Source: Myxococcota bacterium (lineage in GTDB: Bacteria; Myxococcota; JACRCW01). Taken from it: a DNA stretch of 12,243 bases. Location: contig JBFMGU010000302.1 in the NCBI GenBank assembly GCA_040752415.1, forward strand, positions 1 to 12,243, written 5' to 3'. Below the pieces are notes generated by a model. The model did no database searches. It was not told where the DNA came from and was given only the letters and a program-made list of their open reading frames with translations. Both the position numbers and the translations under genes were made by a program. Below, one piece after another: positions 1 through 8,420 of this stretch (position 1 is its first letter; each line of letters opens with the position of its first letter).

Positions 1-108
1 GCAGCCGAGGCTGCACCTGGAAATTCACCAAGCCCTGCCGACGATGACGTCGTGAAAGTGGTCTGCGAGGGCAGGGCTTGGTGTTTTTCCAGCTGCGGCC
101 TTGGCCGC
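1..108. repeat. Long imperfect inverted repeat (39-bp arms, 30-nt loop); may extend past the window start
   Basis: Arm 1-39 GCAGCCGAGGCTGCACCTGGAAATTCACCAAGCCCTGCC matches the reverse complement of 70-108 (GCGGCCAAGGCCGCAGCTGGAAAAACACCAAGCCCTGCC) at 33/39 positions. Two of the six differences are G-T wobbles on the + strand; the inner 14 bp are perfect. Confidence 0.9.
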
Positions 109-269
109 CGGTGACACCAACGGGTGCTCCATGCGTTGATGCGGATCACGTGGGCGGTGAGCGGGTGTGGGGAAGGGGGGCGAGCGAGCGCAGCGGGACA
201 AACGTGGGGGGTTGGGTGTTCGCCCGCCACGACGGAATGGGCAACTTGTTTGGACGCAGCCCCTTGCGT

Positions 270-1709
270 TCAGTAGAAGCCGAACCAGCCCCGACCCCTC
301 ACCATGCCCGTCGTTTCGGGCGTGAAGTTCGGGACCTTGCGGGGCCGTCCGTCGTCCGCCACGAAATAGAGCGCGCTACCTCCGTCGGAGTTGGGAGGGT
401 CACGGCCCGTGGCCGCGGTGGCGGAGCCGTACAACGGCCACCGACAACCATCCAACGTCACCAACGTCTCTCCCGTGAAGGCGAAGGAGTCATCCTGCCC
501 CAGGATGGTGCTGAAGAGCACGCTGGTGCCGCTGGCGGAGATGTGCTCGGGAATCAGCTGCATGCGTGCGTCCCCCTCGTGCTCTCGTCGGGGCGGCAGC
601 GCCTCGTGGTGCTCCATGACCACCGATTGATCATCCACGCCGACCACGCTGATCCACGCTTCCCGGTTGCCGCTGCGGCTGACCACGGCGAAGGCGCCGG
701 AAAGGCCCACGGCGCCAAGGAATGGCACCAGCGAGAGGGCCCACGGTGAGGAAGGCTCCTGTCCCCGCCAGGGTCGCCAGGAGCGCAAGGTCCCATCCGC
801 GTGCAGCACCACGGCCGGTTCTTCACCGCGCAGCACCTGGCTGCCGCCGTAGGTCCCATTGAGCGCATAGCCCACGAGGATCCCGTCCACGCGGCCAAGG
901 GGAGTGCCGGTCTCCAGGCTGAGTGCCTCCGTGATCGCTCCCGTGATGTCGGGTCCCTGCGTGTGCGGGCGGGTGCTGACGAAGATCACGTTGGCGTCGC
1001 GCTGCACCATCCACGAGATGAAGTCATCCGTCTCCGCGGGGCGGTACAGCTCCTGCGTGGTTCCGCTGGAGAGGTCCACCCGCAACAAGCGGCGCGCACC
1101 CTCGGTGCCGGTGGGCGACCAGTAGGCCGTGGCAAAGACCACGCGCTCTTCATCCAGCGCCACCGGCCATGACGACGACACATCCAGCGGCCCGAGGTTC
1201 ACACGCTGGCGCTGGGTCACCGCGCCCTCTCCATCCACATCCCAGATCACCACCACGGAGTCGCCCGGCCCCGCGTCGCTGGTGGAGGAGTGCAAGGTGA
1301 CAATCCGACTGCCCTGGGGCGTGCCCACGCCGCTGGCGTACTGGTGGTCATCCAGCGTCAGGTACTGCGCGGCGCGTCCCGGCGTGGCGTGCATGATCTT
1401 GAGCCCGGTGGAGATCCACGCGGCGATGAGGTCGCGCTCGGGGTAGAAGGCCAGCGGGGTCGCCTGGGTTCCGACGTCAAGGAGCGGACCCAGGGTGCCG
1501 TCCACGTCGACAACGCGGAACCCATACTGCTCGGGGGTCTGCCAGAACAGCAGCGGCGCGGGCAGGTTGCCCACGGTAATCCCGCACGACGGGGGCGGCG
1601 GCTCGTCGACTGGCGCGGTGAAGGGGAGCTCCGGGGGCAGGGAGCACACCGTCATGGCGCCGGCCACGCCCAACCCCATCAACGCCTGAACCCAACGCAG
1701 TGACGGCAT
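270..1709 (-). CDS. Hypothetical exported beta-rich protein (probable beta-propeller), 479 aa
   Basis: Long ORF with GC-rich third positions. GGGAGG SD lies just upstream of the ATG, 16 nt after the stop of the upstream gene. Hydrophobic N-terminus ending in a Cys (MTVC), a Pro-rich linker, then propeller-like strands (VVVIWDVDG, LLRVDLSSGTTQELY). Confidence 0.8.
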   Translation of the reverse strand: MPSLRWVQALMGLGVAGAMTVCSLPPELPFTAPVDEPPPPSCGITVGNLPAPLLFWQTPEQYGFRVVDVDGTLGPLLDVGTQATPLAFYPERDLIAAWISTGLKIMHATPGRAAQYLTLDDHQYASGVGTPQGSRIVTLHSSTSDAGPGDSVVVIWDVDGEGAVTQRQRVNLGPLDVSSSWPVALDEERVVFATAYWSPTGTEGARRLLRVDLSSGTTQELYRPAETDDFISWMVQRDANVIFVSTRPHTQGPDITGAITEALSLETGTPLGRVDGILVGYALNGTYGGSQVLRGEEPAVVLHADGTLRSWRPWRGQEPSSPWALSLVPFLGAVGLSGAFAVVSRSGNREAWISVVGVDDQSVVMEHHEALPPRREHEGDARMQLIPEHISASGTSVLFSTILGQDDSFAFTGETLVTLDGCRWPLYGSATAATGRDPPNSDGGSALYFVADDGRPRKVPNFTPETTGMVRGRGWFGFY

Positions 1710-1725
1710 GGCGCCCTCCCGCCCT

Positions 1726-3171
1726 TTATTCGCGGATGCGGACGATCAGCGCGTCCGGTCCGCCGTTGCTGGCTGCTCCACGTCCCTCGGGCACGCTGAC
1801 CGTGTCCTCGAGCGAGCCCGTGAAATACACCACTCCCAGACCCGTGATGCTCAGCGACGTGGCGCTCTCATCCCCGGGTCCACCGACGGAGCGCGCGGTG
1901 CCGGGCTCCCCGTTGTAGTCCGTGCTGAGGATGTGGACGTCGGTGCCGCCCACCGGTGTCAAGGTGGTTTGTCCATAGGTGAAGGGCGCATCAAACGAGC
2001 CGAGCATCAAGACCCGCAGGATCAACGTGACGCCAATGACCGACACCGGCGCGGGCGGCTGGAGAGCCCAGGTGAGGGCGCCCGTGTCGTCGAAGGTGAG
2101 GATGTGCTGACCCGCGGCGGCGCCACCCGGAGCGAGGTCATGGGTGCCTTCCATCAGCAGCGCCATGCGGTTCCCCTCGATGGGAAGGGCAAGCTGCAGC
2201 GGCACGTCCTCCCCCACGCCGCCCACACGCACGGCCCAGGAGCGGGAGCCGCCTCCGGTCTGCAACACCAGGAAGATGTCCGTGCCGCCCTCGCTGGTGA
2301 GCGTGTGGCCATCCACGGTGAGGGTGTCCTGGAAGGAGCCCGCGATCAGCAGCTCCCCGGTGGAGATCGTGGTGGCTTCCAGCGCCTCGTCGTCACCCGG
2401 CCCGCCAAAGCCCTGCGGGGACTGGATCAACCCCTGCTCGTCAATGCGCAACACGAACGCGTCGCGCTGACCCACGGAGGTGATCACCCCGGTGGCCACG
2501 TCCATCTCCCCGGTGAACGAGCCGGCCAGGATGCCGTCGTGCGTGAAGGTGCGGGCCACGTCGTCACCCGCGCCGCCAATCCGGCGGGCGAAGGACATGG
2601 TGCCGGCGTCGCTGAAGTGGGTCACGAAGATGTCGCGCTGTCCCACGCTCACCAGCTCCGTGCCCTCCAGGTCCAGCGTGCCGGAGAAGGTCCCGGCCAC
2701 CGCCACGCCGTCGTCGGAGAAGATGGGCCGGAGGGAGCGCGCGGAAAGCTCCACGGAACCGCGGAAGGGTTGCTTGAGCCAGAGCAGCTGTCCGTCGGAG
2801 CGGAACGCGGCCAGGAAGATGTCGTGCGGGCGCGTGGCCTGCAGCGTGATGCCGTCCAGGGTCATCGTGTCACTGAAGGTACCGGCCACGTAGACCTGGT
2901 AGGCGCGTCCCACCGTCAACGCGATTCCGTGGTCCTCCCCGCTGCCACCCAGCGCCTCCGCGAAGTGCGCATAGAGATCTTCGCCCCAGCGGACATGGCT
3001 GGTGATGGAACCGCTGGATGAGCTCGAAGCGGATGATGATGACGTGGAGCTGGAGCTTCCCGCGGCGCCCGAGGAGGTGGACCCCGACGAGGAAGTGCTG
3101 GTCTCACCGCCCGTGGCGCCACTGCAGGCAGCGAGCGCGTAGACGCCAGCCGAAATCCAGACGAATCGCAA
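1726..3171 (-). CDS. Lipoprotein with SBBP-like beta-propeller repeats, ~481 aa
   Basis: Start placed at TTG 3171 (GGAG 6 nt upstream), giving MRFVWISAGVYALAA-C with lipobox LAAC (Cys16). A Ser/Thr/Gly linker is followed by repeated GGxGxD...(V/I)AG(S/T)F...D(I/A)F(V/L) blades. Confidence 0.85.
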   Translation of the reverse strand: MRFVWISAGVYALAACSGATGGETSTSSSGSTSSGAAGSSSSTSSSSASSSSSGSITSHVRWGEDLYAHFAEALGGSGEDHGIALTVGRAYQVYVAGTFSDTMTLDGITLQATRPHDIFLAAFRSDGQLLWLKQPFRGSVELSARSLRPIFSDDGVAVAGTFSGTLDLEGTELVSVGQRDIFVTHFSDAGTMSFARRIGGAGDDVARTFTHDGILAGSFTGEMDVATGVITSVGQRDAFVLRIDEQGLIQSPQGFGGPGDDEALEATTISTGELLIAGSFQDTLTVDGHTLTSEGGTDIFLVLQTGGGSRSWAVRVGGVGEDVPLQLALPIEGNRMALLMEGTHDLAPGGAAAGQHILTFDDTGALTWALQPPAPVSVIGVTLILRVLMLGSFDAPFTYGQTTLTPVGGTDVHILSTDYNGEPGTARSVGGPGDESATSLSITGLGVVYFTGSLEDTVSVPEGRGAASNGGPDALIVRIRE

Positions 3172-3200
3172 AGGAGGCTCCGTGGGAAGACGCGGAGCCA

Positions 3201-3229
3201 AGCTTAGGACAACTGCGGGTGAAGGCGAA
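3201..3229 (-). promoter_or_regulatory. Possible sigma70-type promoter for the lipoprotein operon
   Basis: Minus-strand TTCGCC-N17-TAAGCT, with the -10 about 30 nt upstream of the TTG start; the -35 match is weak. Confidence 0.3.
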
Positions 3230-3277
3230 GCGAAAATCAGCGCTGAAAGGCTCACCACCCCGCGCGCACGGCTTGCG

Positions 3278-4780
3278 CTACTTCCGCTGCAGCTTCTGGA
3301 ACTCCGGCACGTTCTCCAGCGTCTCGAACTCCGGGCCACGCAGGTCCACCACCTCCAGCTGCCCGTTCTTCTTCAGCTCCAGCAGGTACTTCATGGCGTT
3401 GTTGGTGTTGCCCTTGGCGGCGTGCGCGCGCGCCAGGTCCATCAGCAGCAGCGTGGGGATTCCGCGCGCCACCTCGCGCTCGGTGGGCGTGAGCTGCTCG
3501 GCGGCACGCAGCTGCTCCAGCGCCTCGTCGGCCTTGCCCATGAGCAGGTAGGCGTAGCCCAGGCGCACGCGCGGGGTCATGCGGTTGGGTGTCTGCTCGA
3601 CGCTGCGGCTCAGGTGCGTCACCGCCTCGTCGAGGAAACGCGCGTCCAGCAGCCGCTCGCCGAGGTTGAGCTGGTAGAAGGGTGAGTCACCGCCGGACAA
3701 TGCCAGCGCGGCGCGCGCGTGGGCCATGGCCTCGTCGGGCTGGTCGGCGCGGTAGGTGGCGTAGCTGAGGCGGTAACGCAGGTACGGGCTCTGCGGCACC
3801 TGCGCCGCCGCCGCGGCGAATGCGGCCTTGGCCTTGTCCCACTGTTGCGCTTCCATGTGCAGCTCGCCGGTGAGCCGCAGCACGTCGGGGTCACGCGGAC
3901 GCGCCGCCTGCACCTTGCCCAGCAGCGCCAACGCCTCCGCACGTCGACCCGCGGAGAACTCCTGCCGCACGCGCGCCAGCAACGGCAGACGCTCCAGCGG
4001 GTGCGCATCCACGTACGCCGCCAGCAGCTTGCCCGCGGCCGCATCCCCCGCCAGCGCGCGCGTGGCGAGCGAGACTCCCTCGGCCATGGGGTTGGTGGCG
4101 TCGGCGCGCGCGTCTTCACACGCGGTCTGCACGTTGGCGGGGATGGCCACGTCACGACCCTTGATGCCCGCACGCTCCAGCGCCACCGCCGCGAACGCCA
4201 CGCAGCGCACGTACCCCACCTGTCCCTTGGGCGAGGTGGGCACCGCGGGCAGGGTCCACGTCGACACGCCCAGCTCCGTGGTCAGCGCGGCGGCGATCTT
4301 TGACAGCGCGTCGGTGGGCGTGCCGGTGAGGTTGACCAGCGGCTTGCTCCGGGCCGGCGTCCCGCTGAGGACCTTCACGTCCCAGAGGAAGCCGCCCTTG
4401 GGCGCCGGCGCATAGGTGCCAAACACCACGTGCGAAGCGCCCGAGAGCTGGGCCAGCCGCGCCGCGGTCCGCTCGTCCAGGAGTGCGCCCAGCGGGATGC
4501 CCAGGTCGTCCATCATCTCCGCCTGTGCGCCTTGCGTGACCACGTTCACCGACGTGCTGGCCAGCGCCGCCTCCTCCAGCACCACGCTCACCAGCGCACC
4601 CAGGTGACGGTCCTCCGTCTTCACCGACTGCGCGGGTGCGAGCAGGACCAGCGCCACGTTGGGCAGCGGCGCCGGGTTGTTGGCGACGACGGGAGCCGCG
4701 GCGGGCGCGTCCGCCAGGGCAGGCAGGGACGCGCCCAGCAGCGGCAGCACGGAGAGCGGGAGGCGGAGGAAGTTGCGCAT
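3278..4780 (-). CDS. Exported tetratricopeptide-repeat protein with N-terminal FlgO/CsgG/TolB-N-like domain, 500 aa
   Basis: ATG 4780 follows AGGAG. Signal peptide MRNFLRLPLSVLPLLGASLPALA. The segment 'LDERTAARLAQLSGASHVVFGTY' is typical of FlgO/CsgG-like folds. Several TPRs (e.g. PRDPDVLRLTGELHMEAQQWDKAKAAFAAAAAQVPQSP) and a TPR-capping C-terminus (PEFETLENVPEFQKL). Confidence 0.85.
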   Translation of the reverse strand: MRNFLRLPLSVLPLLGASLPALADAPAAAPVVANNPAPLPNVALVLLAPAQSVKTEDRHLGALVSVVLEEAALASTSVNVVTQGAQAEMMDDLGIPLGALLDERTAARLAQLSGASHVVFGTYAPAPKGGFLWDVKVLSGTPARSKPLVNLTGTPTDALSKIAAALTTELGVSTWTLPAVPTSPKGQVGYVRCVAFAAVALERAGIKGRDVAIPANVQTACEDARADATNPMAEGVSLATRALAGDAAAGKLLAAYVDAHPLERLPLLARVRQEFSAGRRAEALALLGKVQAARPRDPDVLRLTGELHMEAQQWDKAKAAFAAAAAQVPQSPYLRYRLSYATYRADQPDEAMAHARAALALSGGDSPFYQLNLGERLLDARFLDEAVTHLSRSVEQTPNRMTPRVRLGYAYLLMGKADEALEQLRAAEQLTPTEREVARGIPTLLLMDLARAHAAKGNTNNAMKYLLELKKNGQLEVVDLRGPEFETLENVPEFQKLQRK

Positions 4781-5042
4781 GGCTCCTGAATAGCAACCGT
4801 CGGAATCCCGCGGAAGCCAGGTCCACGGCGGGGCGTGGCGGGCGCGCCCGTCGCCAAGACCCGCTGGCGGTGCTAATCGGACGGCACGGCAGCGCGTTTC
4901 CGCGGCGCGGGAGGATGAGGATGGCCATCTGCAACAGCGTGGCAGCCGCGGCGTGGGCCGGTTCCTCCGGCGCGGGGACGGGTGGGTGCTGCCGGACGTG
5001 GAGCGCCGGGCGCGCCTCCCGTGACGACGGGAAAGGCCGCGC

Positions 5043-6548
5043 ATGAGCGCGGATGTGATCCAGGTGATGCTGCTGGCCGGGGGGCAAAGCTCGTTGCCCT
5101 GGTTGCGCGCCGAGCGGTTGAGCGTGGAGCACGTGACCACGCTGGCCACGGGGATGGAACGGCTGGCGCGCGGTGGCGTGGACCTGGTGCTGGTGGGGGA
5201 GGGTCTCCCGGACAGCACTCCGCACGACGCGCTGTTGCGCATCCACGTGGAAGCGCCCTCCACCGCCGTGGTGATGCTCCTGGCGCAACCCACCGAGGAG
5301 GAGACGCTCATCCTCATCCGCCAGGGCGCCGACGACGCGTGGCCGCTCCAGCCCACCGACGTGGCGCAGGCGCTGTGGCGGGTGCGCCGCACCGTGGCCC
5401 ACAAGCGCGCCGAGCGGAACGTGCAGCACCGGCTCATCATGGCCGACCGCATCACCGCCATGGACGCCCTGGTGAGCGGCGTGGCGCACGAGATCAACAA
5501 CCCGCTGGCCGTGGTGATGGGCAACCTGGACTTCGCGGCGCTGGAGGTCCAGCGGCTGATGGCCGGGGACCCGCGCGCCGAGGAGCTGCACAAGGCGGTG
5601 CGGGATGCCCGCGACGGTGCCGAACGCGTCATGAAGCTGGTGCGCGACCTGTCCGTGCTGTCCAACAGCCGCCATGACCGACGTGGACCGGTGGATGTGC
5701 GTCACGTCGTGGACAGCGTGGTGAGCCTGGTGTGGACGGAGATCAAGCACAAGGCGCGGCTGGTGAAGCAGTACGCGGAGGTGCCGCCCATTGACGCCAA
5801 TGAGCCGCGCCTGGGCCAGGTGTTCATGAGCCTGTTGCGCAACGCGGCGCAGGCCATTGAGACCGGCAGGCCCGAGGACCAGGAGATCCGCCTCAGCATC
5901 CGGCCCCGGCAGCTTGGTGGCGTCGTGGTGGAGGTGGCGGACACCGGCAAGGGCATCCCGGCCGAGGACATCGAGCGCATCTTCGACCCGTTCTTCACCA
6001 CGCGCTCCCCCGGCAGCGGCACCGGGCTGGGCCTGGCCATCTCCCAGAGCATCATCAGCGCCATGGGGGGCACCATCTACGTGGAGAGCAAGGAGGGGCT
6101 GGGCAGCACCTTCCGCGTGGAGCTTCCCGGCGCCGCGCCCTCCCACGTCACCACGCCGCCCCCGCAGCAAGCCGTGGGCCCCCGCCGCGCGCGCGTGCTC
6201 ATCGTGGATGATGACCCCATGGTGGGGCGCAGCCTGCGCCGGCTCCTCTCCCGCGCGCATGACGCCACGCTGGCCTTCAGCGCCGCGGAGGCCCTGGAGC
6301 TGCTGCGCGCCGACCCCACCTACGACCTCATCCTGTGTGACCTCATGATGCCGGGGAAGAGCGGCATGGACCTCTTCGAGGAGGCGGTGGCGCTGAAACC
6401 GGAGCTGGGGCCGCGCTTCGCGTTCGTCACCGGCGGGGCCTTCACGCCGCGGGCGCGGGAATTCCTCTCCCGTGTGACCAATGACCGCTTCCAGAAGCCG
6501 GTGGACGTGGCCGCCCTGCTTGCCCTCATCCAGCGCCACCTCGGCTGA
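5043..6548 (+). CDS. Cytoplasmic hybrid sensor histidine kinase/response regulator (pseudo-REC, HisKA, HATPase_c, REC), 501 aa
   Basis: H-box VAHEINNPL (His149), N-box LLRNAAQA, G1 DTGKGI, F-box IFDPFFTT, G2 GTGLGL. C-terminal REC has VLIVDDD, CDLMMP (Asp433), TG and KP. No transmembrane segment. Confidence 0.95.
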   Translation: MSADVIQVMLLAGGQSSLPWLRAERLSVEHVTTLATGMERLARGGVDLVLVGEGLPDSTPHDALLRIHVEAPSTAVVMLLAQPTEEETLILIRQGADDAWPLQPTDVAQALWRVRRTVAHKRAERNVQHRLIMADRITAMDALVSGVAHEINNPLAVVMGNLDFAALEVQRLMAGDPRAEELHKAVRDARDGAERVMKLVRDLSVLSNSRHDRRGPVDVRHVVDSVVSLVWTEIKHKARLVKQYAEVPPIDANEPRLGQVFMSLLRNAAQAIETGRPEDQEIRLSIRPRQLGGVVVEVADTGKGIPAEDIERIFDPFFTTRSPGSGTGLGLAISQSIISAMGGTIYVESKEGLGSTFRVELPGAAPSHVTTPPPQQAVGPRRARVLIVDDDPMVGRSLRRLLSRAHDATLAFSAAEALELLRADPTYDLILCDLMMPGKSGMDLFEEAVALKPELGPRFAFVTGGAFTPRAREFLSRVTNDRFQKPVDVAALLALIQRHLG

Positions 6549-6712
6549 GCCCACGACAACGGTGTCGCGGTGCCCGCCGACGGGAGCACGGCGGGATCCG
6601 CTCGTCGGAACAGGCGCGTCCGCTGCGCGGTTGCACGGGCAGAGCACGCCGTTCTGGAACGCGACGCGCGGTGCGTCACCGGAGGCGTGAGCACGCAGTC
6701 CTGGAGGTCCGC

Positions 6713-7474
6713 ATGTCCCCCATTGTGATTCCGTCCCCGTCGGAAGAGCGCGTGGCGCGCGGCAGCCTGCCGTGGGTCCCGGGCATCCTGTTCCTGGTGG
6801 CCGTGCCGGTGGTGCTGGCCGGTGCCGCCTACACCTACGACACGCTGGCGCACGAACGCGCCGCCGCCGAGATGGCGCGCCTGGAGCTGCGGGAGACGCG
6901 CTCACGCCTGGCGGAGCTGGCCGGGGAGATGCAGGCCAAGGAGGGAGAGCTGAGCGCGCTGCGCGCCACCTACCAGGAGCTGGAGCAGCAGCTGCATTCC
7001 GAGATCGGTCGTGGGGAGGTGCAGCTCATCAACGACGACGGGAGGATCCGGGTGCAGCTGGTGGACCAGATCCTCTTCGAGTCCGGGAAGGCCACGCTCA
7101 GTGAGAGCGGGGAGGACCTGCTGCGCCGGGTGGGCGGCGTGCTGCAGCGGCTGCAGGACAAGCAGGTCCAGGTCTCCGGTCACACCGATGACAGCCCGCC
7201 GGTGGGCGCCACGCGCGAGCAGTTCCCCACGAACTGGGAGCTGAGTGTGGCCCGCGCGGTCACGGTGGTGCGCTACCTGGGTGAGCGCGCGCACGTGCCG
7301 CAGAAGCGCCTGGTGGCGGCGGGCTTTGGCCAGTTCCACCCCGTGGGCAACAACGCCAACCACGAGGGGCGCGCGCGCAACCGCCGCATCGAGATCCTGC
7401 TGACGCCGATGGTGGAGGTGCAGCCGGTGGAGAAGCTCAGCGCGGGAACCACGACGTCGAGCGGGCATTCCTGA
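6713..7474 (+). CDS. MotB-like/OmpA-family peptidoglycan-binding membrane protein, 253 aa
   Basis: GGAGG SD before ATG 6713. One TM helix and a coiled coil, then an OmpA-like domain with ILFESGKA, VSGHTDD, TNWELSVARAVTV, GFGQFHP and NRRIEI. Confidence 0.92.
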   Translation: MSPIVIPSPSEERVARGSLPWVPGILFLVAVPVVLAGAAYTYDTLAHERAAAEMARLELRETRSRLAELAGEMQAKEGELSALRATYQELEQQLHSEIGRGEVQLINDDGRIRVQLVDQILFESGKATLSESGEDLLRRVGGVLQRLQDKQVQVSGHTDDSPPVGATREQFPTNWELSVARAVTVVRYLGERAHVPQKRLVAAGFGQFHPVGNNANHEGRARNRRIEILLTPMVEVQPVEKLSAGTTTSSGHS

Positions 7475-7818
7475 TGGGGTGACAGAAGTCGGAATCAGAG
7501 GTCCGCAGGTTCCGTTGTGGCAGCGCGGCTGGAATCCTGGGTACCACTTGGCGCGGGCTGACGAACCGCTGCCACCGTCCAGCAGCCCGGAACTCACCGC
7601 GCGCAACAACGTGACCAACACGCAGGTGGTGTTCCCGCGGGCGACGCTACCGCCCGACGGAGGCGGCGCGGCTAAGAGCCCAGGACACCGCCGCTTGCGT
7701 GGCGTTGCGCGGACTCACTGCGCCGCCTTTGGTGGTGGGGTCACGGGGTGGGCAGTGGCGGCCCGGACGTTCGCTGGCGATTCTGGAACGGCTCATCCTC
7801 CTTTGCTACTCAGCCGGT

Positions 7819-8420
7819 ATGCCTCGTCGCCCGAAGTCCAAACACACGAGCGCCGCACCGACGCGCACCTACTCGCTCGAACGGCTCTACGTTGATCAGG
7901 AGCCGACGTGGGTGGTGGATGCCATGCCCTTTGTCCTTGCTTGGCTGGCATCTCGTGGCACCGGACAGCCGGCGACCTTTGACGTCAGCGTCAAGTTGAG
8001 TGGCACCAAGGCGCGCCCGCAGCCGCTCGCGCTGTCGTGGGACATGGGTCAGCTCGTGGCACGGGACCCGCACCTCTCGGAGCGCGTTCGACGCCTCCAG
8101 GCGGGCAAGAGTGTCCTGGTCGAGGACGTGACCAAGATCGCTGCCTATGGGCTCGCATTGGCGGCCATCTCGGTCTTCTTGCCGGGTCGTCGCGTCACCG
8201 ACTTTCGCCAAGGGATGCCCCGGACCTGGTCTTCGAGACCAACGGCGCCGTCGATGGGGTCGAGGTTGCGGGCCGTTCCACGGGTGGCTGGGGCGCCCTC
8301 AACTCCGAGCTGAAGGTGAAGTCCGCCGAGTTGAAGGGCCGCAGCGATGTCCGGCGGGCCCACCTCTCCCTGTGGTGCGCCTCCCCCCGTGTCTCCCATT
8401 TCCACAAGGTGAAGCCATGA
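7819..8420 (+). pseudogene. Small PD-(D/E)XK-like nuclease (~200 aa if repaired), split by a -1 frameshift near 8212-8222; real lesion or sequencing error
   Basis: The frame from ATG 7819 reads ...EDVTKIAAYGLALAAISVFLPGRRVTDFRQGM. The -1 frame continues APDLVFETNGAVDGVEVAGRSTGG...AHLSLWCASPRVSHFHKVKP*, and its TGA overlaps the next gene's ATG (ATGA 8417-8420). One inserted base in GGGATGCCCCGGAC restores a single ORF. Confidence 0.7.

Noticed and set aside
33..63. Hammerhead ribozyme-like CTGCCGA...stem...GAAA in the hairpin loop
   Set aside because: The core needs CUGANGA; here it is CUGCCGA, and stems II and III do not close correctly.
115..217. Integron attC site (minus-strand ACCCAAC ... 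GTTGGTG)
   Set aside because: The right end is not GTTRRRY, the interior does not pair into L boxes, and no integrase or cassette array is visible.
252..271. Rho-independent terminator after the 479-aa gene
   Set aside because: Short stem overlapping the stop codon with no U-tract on the minus strand.
4781..5665. N-terminal extensions in the ORF track (795-aa TPR ORF; also starts at 3339, 6671, 7699, 8147, 11401)
   Set aside because: They overlap neighbouring genes or precede better starts supported by an SD, a signal peptide, ATGA coupling or a promoter-like motif.
4152..6905. 917-aa minus-strand ORF and other long shadow ORFs (1708-3021, 9728-10924, 9858-11075, 78-749)
   Set aside because: Antisense or alternate-frame shadows of well-supported genes, expected in high-GC DNA; low-complexity Arg/Gly/Ala/His-rich translations.
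6713..7474. Flagellar motB or Zorya zorB
   Set aside because: No TM Asp and no adjacent motA/zorA.
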